Below, in pieces: positions 23,382 to 37,726 of a stretch of DNA of 64,000 nucleotides. The stretch's first letter is position 1. Each line of letters opens with the position of its first letter. Under the pieces are notes generated by a model, which saw only the letters and a program-made list of their open reading frames with translations, made no database searches and was not told where the DNA came from. This DNA is from Utricularia gibba (Eukaryota > Plantae > Magnoliophyta), in contig NEEC01000020.1 in assembly GCA_002189035.1 (NCBI GenBank), positions 62,001 through 126,000 of the forward strand, given 5' to 3'. Position numbers and translations under genes: made by a program.

Positions 23382-26300
23382 ATGTTGAGAGACTTGAAAT
23401 TCTTGCATACCAACTCTGGCAAGAGCAGTAATCCAGAGGAAGCTGAGAATACGCCCCCAAAATCTGGGGATTTCGCTCTCAATCAGTCGAGCTCAGAGCC
23501 ACCGAGGCCACCTTTGAATGCAATTCAGGAGCCGTTCCGAATCCCTAGGGGCATTTCAGATCCGGAGACGGGTGGCTCTAGAGCCAAACATGATAAAACT
23601 CCAGTTAAACAGAAACTGGGTACACAGGCTCCCCTTCGCACACCTGAGAAAGAAGGGGCAATGCCCAAGGACCGATGTAATTTGGCTAAGAAGTTTGACT
23701 CTAGCGTGATTGAGGTAAAAGACGAGGTGAAAGCAGTGAGCACTATGAATACTCCTGGTTCCTTTAGGTTTTTCGACAGGTGTAATTCAAGTAATTCAGA
23801 TTGCCCCTCAACACAAAGCACGCCAACTAAGAGTGTGAATAAAACTGCTACCCCAGGGTATAGCATAACCAGTGGTTCCAGACCTCCGTACAGCGTGGGT
23901 TCTCGGCTACCCAATTATGCTGCATTGAATAAAGGAAATATGGGAACTGGTAGCTTTTGTAATATGGTTAATACAGTGGAGGTTCCTTATTTTGAACTTA
24001 AGGAAGATTCATCGTTCTGGATGGATCACAATGTGCAAGTAAGTTACCTTCTATCCAGATGTTCTTGAATGGCAAGGCTTCTAGCTCACCTACAAAAATT
24101 GTTATCTGTTTGCAGGTTTTAATTCGCATACGTCCGCTTAATAGTATGGAGAAAAGCACCATTGGGTTCAACAGGTGCTTAAAGCAAGAAAGTTCACAAA
24201 GCGTTACCTGGATTGGACGACCTGAAACAAGATTTCATTTTGATCATGTCGCTTGCGAAGCTATAGATCAGGTTTGTCCATACTAAAAGGCGAGAAATGA
24301 CATTTTAGAAGGGTGGCTGATGTATTGCATTCACAGGAGACACTTTTTAGGATGGTTGGTTTGCCAATGGTAGAGAACTGCTTATCTGGGTACAACAGCT
24401 GTATGTTTGCATACGGGCAGGTGAGAAATTCATCTAACCTTCTTTCTCGTAGCTGCTTCTTTTCATAATGGGTATTTTGATGTATAGACTGGAAGCGGAA
24501 AAACACACACAATGCTTGGTTTGATTGATGGGATTGAAGTCAAGCCTAGTCCAAATCGTGGAATGACACCCCGTATATTTGAGTTCTTGTTTGCAAGGAT
24601 TACAGCGGTTGCTTTTACTACCATTTCTTTGTATTTCTTACTGTGTTCTTGTCAATTTACTCTTAATGAAGCATTCCCTATTTCAGGAAGAGGAAAGCCG
24701 AAGAGATGAGCAGTTGAAGTATAGTTGCAAATGCTCTTTTCTTGAGATATACAATGAGCAAATTAGTGATCTTCTCGATCCTTCCCCCACAAATTTAATG
24801 GTACTTTATAATGCTTTTTATTTTTGCAACAATGGCATGTTCATTTTTTTTTTACAATCTCAATGTCTAGTTGCGCGAGGATTTGAAGAAAGGTGTCTAT
24901 GTTGAAGATCTCTCTGAGTTTGAGGTTCGAAATGTTGGAGATATTCTTCAACTTCTAACTCTGGTGCGTTGTTCTTGTTTGATTTTCTTTTCCTGTTTAG
25001 TTCCTTTAAACCAATCTTTCACCAAAATCAGTGCGTTGTAACCTTGTTATCAGGGATCATCAAATAGAAGAGTTGCTGCTACTAACATGAACAAAGAAAG
25101 TAGTCGCTCGCACAGTGTTTTTACATGTGTTATTGAAAGTAGATGGGAGAAGGGTTCCACCACTAACTATCGGTTTGCTCGCTTAAATCTTGTAGACCTT
25201 GCTGGGTCTGAAAGGTACCAAATCATGCTTAGTCAAAACACGAAAGTTCCTTGCACTCACATCGTTTCTCTTTGTCAACAGGCAAAAGTTTTCTGGTGCA
25301 GAGGGTGAGCGCCTCAAAGAAGCTGCAAACATTAACAAATCACTCTCAACCCTTGGGTAATAAACTGCTTCGTGGAAATGTCTCCTCTTTTTCTCCGTGC
25401 CTTGTTTCATTTCAGTTTGATACATTCCCCCATCTGGCAGTCATGTCATTATGGCCTTAGTTGATATAGCAAATGGAAAACCAAGGCATGTTCCTTACAG
25501 AGATTCAAGATTGACTTTTCTCCTTCAGGTGCATAGTAAACAGTTGTTTGAATTATTTTTTGGAGTGCAAACTATTAGAGCTGTGTGTTTAAAAATAATA
25601 TGTGCACAGGACTCGTTGGGTGGAAACTCTAAAACTGTGATCATAGCGAATGTCAGTCCTTCTGTAGGGTAAGTTTTGTTGTTGTTGTTGTTGTTCTTAT
25701 GGCGAGGCTTTTGACTCCATTTTGAAAATTAGGACAAAGCATCTGTTCCATGATTCTTCTCTCACTTACTGCCTTATCTACAGATCTGCAGCAGAGACGT
25801 TGAACACATTAAAGTTTGCCCAACGAGCCAAACTTATTCAAAATAATGTGAGCTTTCTATGGAGTTTTAGAAAGTTTGCGTCCGTATATAACTATCATTC
25901 TTCTGACTTCGCGTGTTGTAGGCGATCATTAATGAGGATTCATCAGGAGACGTCAAATCACTTAAAATTCAGATACAGTTGTTGAAGGTTAGTTTATATT
26001 CGTTTCTCCTAAATTTTCATAAGACTAAACCTCACTGCACTGGGGCAGGATGAGCTATCCGCCCTTAAGTGTGAAAAGATGGCTCAGCCATTGTCCTATG
26101 GAACTCACATGGAAAACAAGAATGATGATGACTGCGATGAAATGGAAACAAAAGAAGTTCTAAGAATCTCCTGCAAGCAGGTAAGTCTACTTAATTGTGT
26201 TTTATTGACTAAAATGTCTGTGTTCGTTCATTTTGACAATATGAATGTAACTCCAGTGTTTCTAACTTTAACCTTAATGTGTTCATTGTATGGGAAATTC

Positions 26301-29300
26301 TGCCTATATCTTCGTGTCATGCACCATCTTCATGTCCTTGATTTTTCTTTTTTTTTTTATATATTTGATCTTTTAGTATTTTTGGCAGCTGAAATCCCTG
26401 GAAACGACACTTTCTGGTTCTTTACGAAGGGAACAAATGGCAGAAATCTCTACCAAACAAAGGGAGGCTGAAATTGAGCACTTGAATCGATTGGTGAAGA
26501 TTCATGCTTTCCATCTTGATTTTAGCCCTGATGCATTTTATTAATGATGAGCACTGCTTCTCAGGTTAGCCAAAGGGAGGAAGATACCAGATGTGCAAAG
26601 ATGATGCTCAAGTTTAGAGAAGATAAAATTCATAGATTGATGTCTGTCAATGGTGGTTTAATGTCAGCTGATGATTATCTGATAAGAGAAAATCAAGCAC
26701 TTTCAGAAGAAATTCAGCTTCTGCGGTCAAGAATAGACAAAAATCCAGAAGTGACACGTTTTGCACTTGAAAATATCAGGCTTCTGGGGAAAGTTCAAGA
26801 GTGCGATATGCATAACCTTTATACTTGATGTGCCTGTTATGTATATTGCAGCAATAAAATCTATCCTTGAAAATCTCAGGTTTCAAGATTTCTATGACGA
26901 AGGGGAGCGAGAGATGCTAATGGCGGAAATATCTGAGCTACGGAATCAGGTACTTTCACAGAAGTTATGTGATATGATTTGTCTTTGCTGTGCATTTCAT
27001 TCTTAACGCTTTTTTTGTTTGTAGGCTATTTTTTTCCTTGAAAGCAACTCAAAGAATCAAAATTGCTCAAAGGTTGCAATCTCTGTTTAATTGAAAGATC
27101 ATGGCTTTCTAAGTAAGATTGAGTCCTGAATTGTTCATTTCCATTTGTACACAGGTCTCTGGATATGTTCAAGATGAAAATGACTCTCTCCGTGTAGAGG
27201 TAAAAACTCTTATTTAATCCAAGCTTTTGTCTTGAATTTTGGATATTGAATGTCTCACACATTGCAGTTGAAGAAAACAATGTCTGAGTTGGAGGAGACC
27301 CGCATTAAACTAAAATGCTGTCAGGAAGAAAATGCCATGATACGAGGGTTGGAATCCTAATTTGCTTATGTTCTTGTTTGGTTTTTTGTTTCAGTTTTTT
27401 ATTCCCGTCTTCACGTACCTTTGCAGAGAAATAGAAGAAATGCATCAGGTATCTAACAGGACACCTGCAACTCAAGGACATGACTGCAACATGGGAATCA
27501 TGACGGTACTCTATTATACTATATTAGTTACCATTGTGTACCGGAAGGCATAACACTTTAAGTTACTATTGATTGTTGTGGCTTATATGATATTTCTATT
27601 AACTGTGAACAGCAGGATTCTATCACTGATGTTACCCTGTTACATAGTACGTCAACATCAATCTTTGAGAAAGGTAGGGATGGAGCAATATATGGGAATC
27701 TTTTGAAATATGAAGAAGATATCATGAGCCTACAGTTGGAGTTGGATATTTTGAAGATAATTTTGCAAGATGAGAGATCTTCTCGGTCTTTCATGGAGGA
27801 AATATTAAAAACCATGAGTCAAGAGCTTCAGTTATCCAATGAAAAGGTCCGGTCTAGCATGAAAGAATGCACAGAAGTTCAGGAGGTGGTTACAAATATG
27901 AAGTTAGTTGTTGAAGCCCTTGAGTCTCAGCAAATAGAACTAATAAATGAGGTAGAGAGCCTTAAGAAGTCTAACGATCATTATCAAGGTCTTGTGAAGG
28001 AAAAAGAGCTTGAGATTAAAAGTTTAAGGGAGCAGGTGCATTGTGATGAAATGAGAAATGTATCTACTAGAAAGTCTTCAGAAAGAGAGTCTGTCATAGA
28101 AAAAAAACTGAAGAAAATGCATGGATCTTTTGAGAAAGAAAAAAGATTCCAGAATGATGTTGTCTTTCAAGACTATGATGTGGTAGAAGTGGAAGAAGCT
28201 CGAAAGCAGGTTGAGGCAGAAACTGCTGAGGTGATTGTTTCCTTGCAGGAAGAACTTTGTGACCTTCAGAAGGAGGTTGAAAATAGCAAGGTAAGAGAGA
28301 TGGAGAGTAGAGAGAATTTGGAGGTACTGAAAATAGACATTGAAATCTTGAAGGGTCATTTATGCTCAAGAAATCAGGAGAATGAAAAACTGGCTAGGAA
28401 GCTGGAAGAAAAAGAGGAGCAACTAAGTGTGTTAATGGAAGAATGCAGTTCATTTTTCAGTGAGATTGAAAGCAATATGCACACTGGAAATGAGGCCCTC
28501 AAGGATGTATCTGAGCAGGTTTATGCTATTCGTAGTTCATTCCCCAATAATGAAAATTGTGTTATTCAGAAATTTGGAAGGATTAAAGCCAGTATCCTTG
28601 AAAAGGAGTTGTTGATTGAAGAACTTAGTAAATGTCTAAAGGAAGCTGTGGAAAGGAGGGATGATATGGATTTCATGCTGAGGTCTTTGAGGGGAGCTGT
28701 TATGGCAATTATCGAGGCCCACCAACAGGAGTGCAGTGAAAAGGACCGAGAGATTCTCCTTTTGACATCTGAATTGAACAATAAAACATCTGCCATCTTG
28801 GGGCTTTTGAATTCCAAGAAGAATGGTGAATATCTTTTTGATATGGCATCATCGTGCACCCAAGCTGATAATAAAGAAATTGTGGTACGAACTCAGGAAA
28901 CAATCCAGGAGCTAGTCTCTGGGCTCTCATCTTTAATGTCATGTTTAGGTCAGTTTCTGATCGAGTATGGGTGTGATCCTGGTGAAAATATTGTGGAGAT
29001 GCCATTCAGTCTTTCTTTGGTCAATCAATGCCAAATTTCAGTACGCATTTTAATCTCTTTTTGTATATCTTACCTGGTTTCCTACCATATTTTTCTTTGT
29101 CATCCAGCTGCAGACTTTATTGTAACTGGTTTTCTTGATTTTTTTTTTCACAGCAGGCAGCTGAGAACAACAAAGACAAGAGTACCAGTGATGCAGGTTC
29201 ATGCCCCTTTGGAGATGATAAAGATGTTTCTATTCTCACCCTAGAACAGGGGGCAGATTACGCCCTTCGAATGTTACAAAGCGTGCAATCACAGATGAGT

Positions 29301-32300
29301 AAGTTATCTGTTAGGAAAGCAGAAATCACTGCCACAGAGAAATGTAGTCAGAATATCTTGGGGTCTTTGGCCGATCAGGCGATTCTCCTGCAAAATGACA
29401 TTGTTAATTTTGGAGTAGAACTTGAAGGAAGAGTAAATGTGATGGACGCTAAGATTGGGAAAATTGAAAATTTAGTGCAACAATCATTTTCTTCCCTCTC
29501 CTGGAGACAAGAGGTAGGATGCTTTTTTTCTGATTGTTTACACTTCATTGATACTCATGATATTGAATATTTGTTTTTTTATTTCTGGTTGGGATGCCGT
29601 TTTTTGCAGTTTCTGGTTGCTGAAGCTGATGAGGCTAAAGCATTAGCTACACAGAAAATTTCTGAGGCTTCTTCTGTTCTTAAGAAATTTGAAGAGGTTC
29701 AAGACACTATGAAAGAGGCAGACATTATGATAAATGAATTGATGATAGCCAATGAAGCCTTAAAACTAACTCTTGGTGAACTGAAAGCAAAAGAGCATGA
29801 AGTTTCCTTCCAGCAATCCCTCCTTTTGGATGAAATTCAAAGCTTGAATGCATCTAATGAGCAGAAGGACCGACAGTATGCCACCCTGGAAAACATGTAC
29901 GAAACTGATTTGATGGCCATCATGGGTATGATTGTAGAACTAGAGAATCTTGTGCGTGATGCACAGATTGCACTGGATAAAGAATTGGCCTCAACATCCA
30001 CTTGTCTTCTCAGCATGGATTCTCAAATCCATCAATCAGCTGAGATGCGTGATGGTATCTTTGAGGAGATCTGGTCAGCAATTGTCATGAAAGACTGTGC
30101 AGCATCAGTATTGCATCTTTGTCATGTGGGAGTAATGGAAAGGATTGCTGTACTCAATGCAGAAAATAGTCTTCTCCGCGATGATTTTACTGAGGCAAAG
30201 ACCATGATCTCGGAACTCCAAGAGCAAAATTTCATAGTGAGAAGAGAGCTTGAAATGTCTGGTGTTGCTAAAGTGAATCTTTTTGCAGATATCCAGCAAA
30301 TGCTCAGCATGATATCAAGTAAACTAGGTGAAACTGGTGAGGTCAGTCTTAAGCTTGCTACCCTTGCATTCAAGATGCAGGATCTACAACATCAGGAAGA
30401 GAGAATGTCACAGGGACATCTTATTTTAGGGTGTGAGCTAGATAAATTGATGAAGGAGCTCGAATCAAGTATTAAAGCCATGGATGTATGTATTCTGGAT
30501 AGAGAAAGAATAGCACATGAAAAAGATGTAAGACTTCAATATCAGGAAGAAGCTTTCATGATAAATCTATTTGCAAAGGATATTGGATTGCTCATACTGT
30601 CAACTGAGTTGGAGCAAATGACCTTTCTGAAAAAAGATCTTGAAAATTCCTGTTTAAGTGCCCTTAATATACTGGATACTTTCAAGAAGGATGTGGTACT
30701 CCAGGGCGTAGATGCTACTTTCAGCAGTTTAATATCAGTTGAGCAGGAACAGGATAATGACCGTCTACTAAAAGATCTTGAGAGGAAGGAACTAGCTCTT
30801 CAAACTTCTTTTCTGCATGTCACCGAGCTTAACAAGAAAATTCAGACATTGCAAAAGGATGACGAAGTTAGTAGAATGAAATGTCTTGAGAAGGAGAATG
30901 AAGAGCTGCAGCATCACTTAGTGAACAGTAAGAGAGACTGTGCAGCACTTTCTCAGGAGTTGGATTGTCGGAAGGATGAATTTGAGGTTAAAAATAACAG
31001 ACAGAGAGATGAAATCTCATCGTTGGAGAAATGCATTACCAATTTAGAAACTAGTAGGGTAGAGAATCTTAGAGATTTAAACAGGAAATGTCTGAGGAGT
31101 GTTGGTTTGACCAAAAATATTCATGAAATAAGTTCCAAAATATTCAATCTAGATCATGTGCTTGAGAAGATTCAAAATGAAATAGGCAGGGCTGCTGTAT
31201 TCATGGAACAATTTGAATATTTGGAGAATCTGGCGTGGCAGTTGGATTCTAAAATTCTTTCTATGGAGACTAATGCGTCAAGGAAAGATAATGTTCTCAA
31301 GGGGCTGTTATTTGATCTGAGTTTGCTGCAGGAGTCGGCATCTAACTTCAAAGATCAGAAGGATGAATTGGAAAAACTGCAAGCATCTTTAAGTACAATG
31401 GAAGAAGGTCTTGAATTGAAGTCACTTGAACTGGACCAAGCTCTTTCTCGAGCTCAAACACTTGAAAACCAACTGCAGGAGGAGACAGCAGAACGTGCAA
31501 GTGATCATAAGATGATAAGTTCCCTGACCTCCAGAAATATTGAGCTCTTGGCCAGTGTAAAGGAAGCTTTAGATGGGAAGGATTCTGCTCAGAAGGAATT
31601 AATGGAGGCAAGAGTGAAGATCGAGAAATTAGAGATGGAAATTTCTGAAATGGAAACTGCAATGGCGCATATGTGTAGAACAACTGAATCACTGCAGATT
31701 GAATTGGATACCATTGTTGTTCAAAGAGATGAGTTGGATGGAAAATTTTGCATTCTAAGTAGAGAACTTGAGTTAGCCAGAGCACTTGCTGAGGATAAAG
31801 AAGCAGTAGCACTTGAAGCTCAAGAGGTATTTGGAATTTGTTTTTTATTTTTTTATTTTTTTGTGGTTTTGTTTGGTGAAGTTATCGGGGATATCTAAGT
31901 GCGTCAACCTATGCATATCATGTAACTCTTTGTGTATTATTTGCAAGCAGATAGCGGCAATTCAAAAGCTGCATGCCGAAGAAAAGGAAACGGAAGCCAA
32001 ACTTTTAGAGAGATCCATTCAAGAGTTAGAATGCACTATAAATGTACTTGAACGGAAGGTATAGTTTTAGGGAGGCATTCCGGTGTTCTGTATTTTCATA
32101 TAAAGTGCATTGCTGAGTAGTTTTAGTGGAAACATTAGGTTGACATAATCAAGGGAGAAGCTGAGCAGCAAAGGTTGCAGAGAGAGGAACTTGAGCTGGA
32201 GCTTCTTGGAATCAAAGAACAAATGCGAAATGTTGAGAGCAATAATCTGGATGTAAAGAGGTTTGTGTGATGCTCTTCTATGAATCCTATCTAAAATCTG

Positions 32301-34665
32301 TCTTTTAAATGCTGAAAATTATGGTGATTTAGATGTGTGGATGAAAAGGAGAAGATCTTACAAGATGCGCTCCGCCGAGTACAACTTCTCGAAAAAGAAA
32401 TAACTTCCAGGGATAGTGAGGTAGCATTGTTATTCGCTTCAAATAGTCTCATGCTGCTCTTTATCTTATCGTGATTCTTTTGAACAGCTATCCAAGTGCA
32501 AAAGTCATATTTCCGAGCTAAATTTGCATGCAGAGGCACAGGCCAGTGAATATAAGCAGAAGGTAAGACTTTCTTAGCAGCATCCTATATACCACATTTT
32601 TGTGAAAAGAAGGCTTTGGAGATCATGGTTACCTATATCGAAACAGTTCAAGGCTTTGGAGATCATGGTGGAGCAACTCAAGTCTGAAGGTCCGACTGCC
32701 ACCACACATTGCTCGACTTCCTCATCAAACAAATTAGAAAAGAGTACTTCAAAACCCAAAGGTTCAGGGTCCCCCTTCAAATGTATTGGAATGGGCCTGG
32801 TGCAACAACTGAAATCTGAGAAGGATGAAGAGCTCTCTGTAGGAAGGCAGAGAATAGAAGAACTTGAGACACTGGCAGCAAGCAGACAGAAAGAGGTAAG
32901 TGCCTTGTCTTACAGCAGAATCCAGGAGCTGCATGGAAGATTATATATAGTTTTAATCAACGCATCTCTGCAGATATTCATGCTTAAGGCACGGCTAGCT
33001 ACAACAGAAAGCATGACTCATGATGTCATTCGGGATTTGCTAGGAGTAAAATTAAATATGAAGAACTATGCTGTAAGTTGAAAGTCCAAATCCATTTTGT
33101 TTTCACTTTGTAGTAATGGAAGCTCAGGCCATGCCAATTTTGTTTTTTTTTTAAATGGCATCACTCTTATTCTTAACATCTCACGTTTTCTCCAGGAATT
33201 AATGGAAAATCAGAAGCTTAATCCATCATTAGAAGACGGAAAACACAAAGTTGAAGCTGATGCAAAGGTAAAGCCTTTTTGCCATTCTTAACAATCTAGC
33301 GTGTGTAGATTCGAGAACCCACCTAAGTAGAGATGTTCTTGTCTTGTAGGAGCAGGAAGTGATTAGTTTGAAGCAACAGCTAAATGACTTCGTTCAAGAG
33401 AGGAACGGGTAATTAGCTCTATTGATGATTTTCATGCTATAGTTTTTATATTTTGTCAGTATATTGATCTCAACCTGACATTCTGTTTCAACAAGATGGC
33501 TCGAGGAAATTGAAAGGAAACAGGCTGAAGTGATGGCTGCGCATATTGCACTTGAGAAACTGAGGAGGCAAGAGCAATTGTTTTCAACTGAGAATGATAT
33601 TCTGAAGGTTCAAGCTTGGAAGGCTTCCGTTTTTTTTTAATATTCGGAAGAACATAAAACACTTCTTTCTAACAAGTGATGCTGCTTTTCTCAGATGGAG
33701 AATGCTAACCACAAAAAGAAGGTAATGGAACTTGAGTCAGAGATAAAAAAGTTATCTGACCAACAGAACATCCAACAGCGCATCCACCATCATGCGAAAA
33801 TTAAGGCAAGCAACTGTCCATTCCAGGATTATGTTCATGTTACAGTATAGAAGCCACTTGCACTAACATGAGCCATCTCACTCTCACAGGAAGAAAACAG
33901 TCTATTAAGATTCCAAAATGAAGAACTTTGCTTTAAGCTGCAACGCACTGAAGCTATCCTTTCACGCGTAGAGAAGGAGTTGGCTCAGTTCCGCACAGCA
34001 AATGGAAGAAGCCCCTACATCAACTTTGATGAGGAACAGCTTCTAGACAAAAAGTTGAAGGTCGTAGGTCAAGGATTGTCTGTGCTTGCTTGTAAGGCCT
34101 ATCCACCTAATGGCAATATGTTTTCTTGGAACAGGAAACAGAACAGGAGAGAATGGAATTAGCTCAAAAGTTACTACGCCTGTGCACTTCTGTACTAAAG
34201 GTCAGAGCCCTTTTTTACGTCTGGTTTCTATTGAATTTTTCAGGCCACAACATCTCCATTGCCTTTTAATCTTCTTCTCTATGTGATTACACCAACAGGC
34301 AGCCGGAATTAAACGCCCAACATCTGAAATAAGTCCATCAGCTGCTGAAGAAGCACTTGAGCACCTACAAAACAAGTTTATTTCTCTAGAAATTCAACTC
34401 GAGGATGCCAAACTCAAGGTACACACGCTCTCTCAGTATCATCAATATGAATGGATTTCGACAACAGTTGAGGTTTTTCTTTCCAACTTGTGAGTCAATA
34501 ATTCTCATCTCTATGTATCATGTCCCTTAGGGCCGTATATCGAATGAAAGAGCTAGGCTATCGGAGCTTAGGCCATTAGCATCAGGGTCTGTGAGCCCAA
34601 GAACAGATTGTCCGGGGCAGAACTGGATGTCTCAGACTACTTGTATCTCCAAATTTGACCGATGA
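23382..34665 (+). CDS. POK2: Kinesin-12, phragmoplast-orienting kinesin POK2 (KIN12D)-like; about 35 exons, N-terminal motor and very long coiled coil
   Basis: ATG at 23382 just after a 5' UTR intron acceptor. [31 protein letters not shown] (P-loop), [43 protein letters not shown]. Large coiled-coil exons at 27.6-31.8 kb; C-terminal [14 protein letters not shown]. Stop TGA 34663-34665. Confidence 0.93.
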
Positions 34666-35415
34666 AACTGCAGAGTGTTCGCATTTTGCGAGCAATAGAT
34701 CACTCCACGCTTGTCTCTGCGCTTTGTATAGATTAATTCAAACGTTGTTTTATCAACAGAAAATGTAGCACAACTGAAGATTTACTGCCTTGAGAAACGT
34801 TATGTATGTATTATCATACCAGACGGATGGAGAAATGACACACATTGATGAGGATGGGGGCAACCCAGTCTCTATGTGTACTCCAAATTCCAATCATCAC
34901 TTCCCGCGATGCCCGCAGATCACGACGACGGAACCATCGATCGTCTCGTTTTACTCCCTTTTGGGAGGCCAAGCTCGGTAAAGCCTAATAATTATATTTT
35001 ATTATAAATCCACGTCATTTTTATTTTCTAGTAGAATAAAATAAAAAGGTAATTTTGCTGGTTTAGGAAGCCCGATATCAGCGCTTTTTATGATGGGCAG
35101 CGTGCTATGCCACGAGACCCATCAACACACGTTTTTGAATTTGAATTCTCCGGGCAACGGGAGGGAGTGGAACGCTGACGCCTGAGCTCACTCACCCCTT
35201 TCCGTACTCCGGTAGATAATCCAACCGGCGACCAACGGCGGAAGAAACACTGCCAAGTCGCTCTCTTGTCTATTTTACGTGCGAGGTACAGAGTACCGGC
35301 CTTTCTCGTGGATTTTGCAGGTTTCGAGAAAACATCTTGACTCAAAGGTGCGATTCTTGATCTGCAGTAGCGGCAGATTGAATATCGAAGCAGAAAACGG
35401 TGAACACAAGCGAAA

Positions 35416-36562
35416 ATGGTGGCTGCGAAGAAATCCGAGTATGAGGCTAGCAGGCAGAAGAGGCTTGAGGAGAATAAAAGGAGAATGGAAGAGCTGAATC
35501 TCACCGCCCTCGCTCAATCATTGCTCTCACCCAAGACGTCCCCTGTTTGCCCTCTTTTTTTTTTTGGCCTGATTCGTTTCCACTAGTTCGTTGTTATGAT
35601 ATCATCTCTTTCCTGCGTCTCTTTCTCGTGAACTATGCAGATGAAGAGGGTGAAACCTAAATCTCTGAAACTGCCGTTGGATCTCTCGGCAGTAAGACGA
35701 TCAAACAGGGTCGCTGACCTGCCGCCAATAAGCTATAAAGAAGTACGTAGTCCAGGCATACGTCTTATTTCTAATTATTTAACTCCGGCATCTCATGCTT
35801 ATTGTCTCTCACTGAACACACGATTTGTCTGGCTTTGTTCTGCCGGGTTCGAAATCTGCCTTAATCCTTGTCGACTTACAGGTGGTAAAAGAATCAGAGG
35901 GGAGAGTGAGGAGGTATATCCAGCACCCCATTTTCGTTGTGTCAATTGTTTTCCTCCAAAGAGAAGCAAAAAGGAAATCTTCACACTTCCGATGTTCTTG
36001 AATCAGCTACAGTCGCCACAGAGATTTATCGAACCGGGTCTATGCATCAGACGAGGCAAGGGAGCATGCTATAAGCAGGGCAGAAGAGCTTCAGTCACAG
36101 CTTGATCAAGCTACTCCCAGCTTCATCAAGCCCATGCTTCAGTCTCATGTTACTGGTGGATTTTGGCTGGTTTCTTTCTCAAACCCATACCCAAATGCTG
36201 CCTCTCTCAAAGCTTTTCTTTTTCTAGATTTCCCTCTCGTGAATACCAGGGCCTTCCTCTATTTTTCTGCCGGGGGCATCTCCCCCGCCGTGATGCCATA
36301 ATGAGTCTAATCGACGATGAGGGGCAACAGTTCGAGGCGAAGTACCTCGCTCAAAAGAACGGCCTGAGCGGCGGTTGGAGGGGTTTTGCGATAGACCATG
36401 AATTGGCCGACGGAGATGCTCTCATTTTTCAGTTGACTGAACCGACGACCTTCAAGGTGATCATGATTTCCTCATCTCCTTAACCCTCTCTTCACTATGA
36501 TTCTGAGAAGAGTCCACCCGTAGGTTCACATCATAAGGGTGAAGGAGCCCCAAGAGACTTGA
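35416..36562 (+). CDS. B3 DNA-binding domain protein (At3g19184/At5g42700-like)
   Basis: Exons 35416-35544, 35641-35742, 35882-35913, 36007-36169, 36250-36456, 36524-36562 join in frame. Motifs: YEASRQKRLEENKRRMEELNL, NRVYASDEAR, PSFIKPMLQSHVTGGFWLGLP, GLSGGWRGFAIDHELADGDALIFQL. Confidence 0.92.
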
Positions 36563-36908
36563 AAGGAAGCACCAGCTGTTCTGGGAATGAACGATTCGTC
36601 ATGGCAATGTTTTTGTAAGATCCTGCTACATCATTATGAAACAACTGTGTAGTTCAAGCAAAAACAAAATGGCTTATATTCCCAGCAAGCAAAATCGCTT
36701 TTTGTTTTTAACAATGGGCTTGAGTCGTTTCGTGAAGATTGGGTAATGGGCTTCTCAGCCTAGACTTAGCCGGTGCAGCATATCAGCCCATAAATCCTGG
36801 AAGTTGGGTAATGGTAGGGCTTTCTCGTCGTTCCCATAAATAACTTTGGAGGGTCCGCTGCGATTGCCGAGCATCGTCTAGGTTTTTTTGGCTTCCTCGT
36901 CTGCTCCG

Positions 36909-37726
<818 letters not shown>

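Noticed and set aside
31348-31812. Long antisense or alternate-frame ORFs in the track (e.g. 31348-31812, 57348-58061, 8365-8883, 3669-4031, 20663-21004, 12653-13075)
   Set aside because: These are shadow ORFs overlapping well-supported genes, with no recognisable domains.
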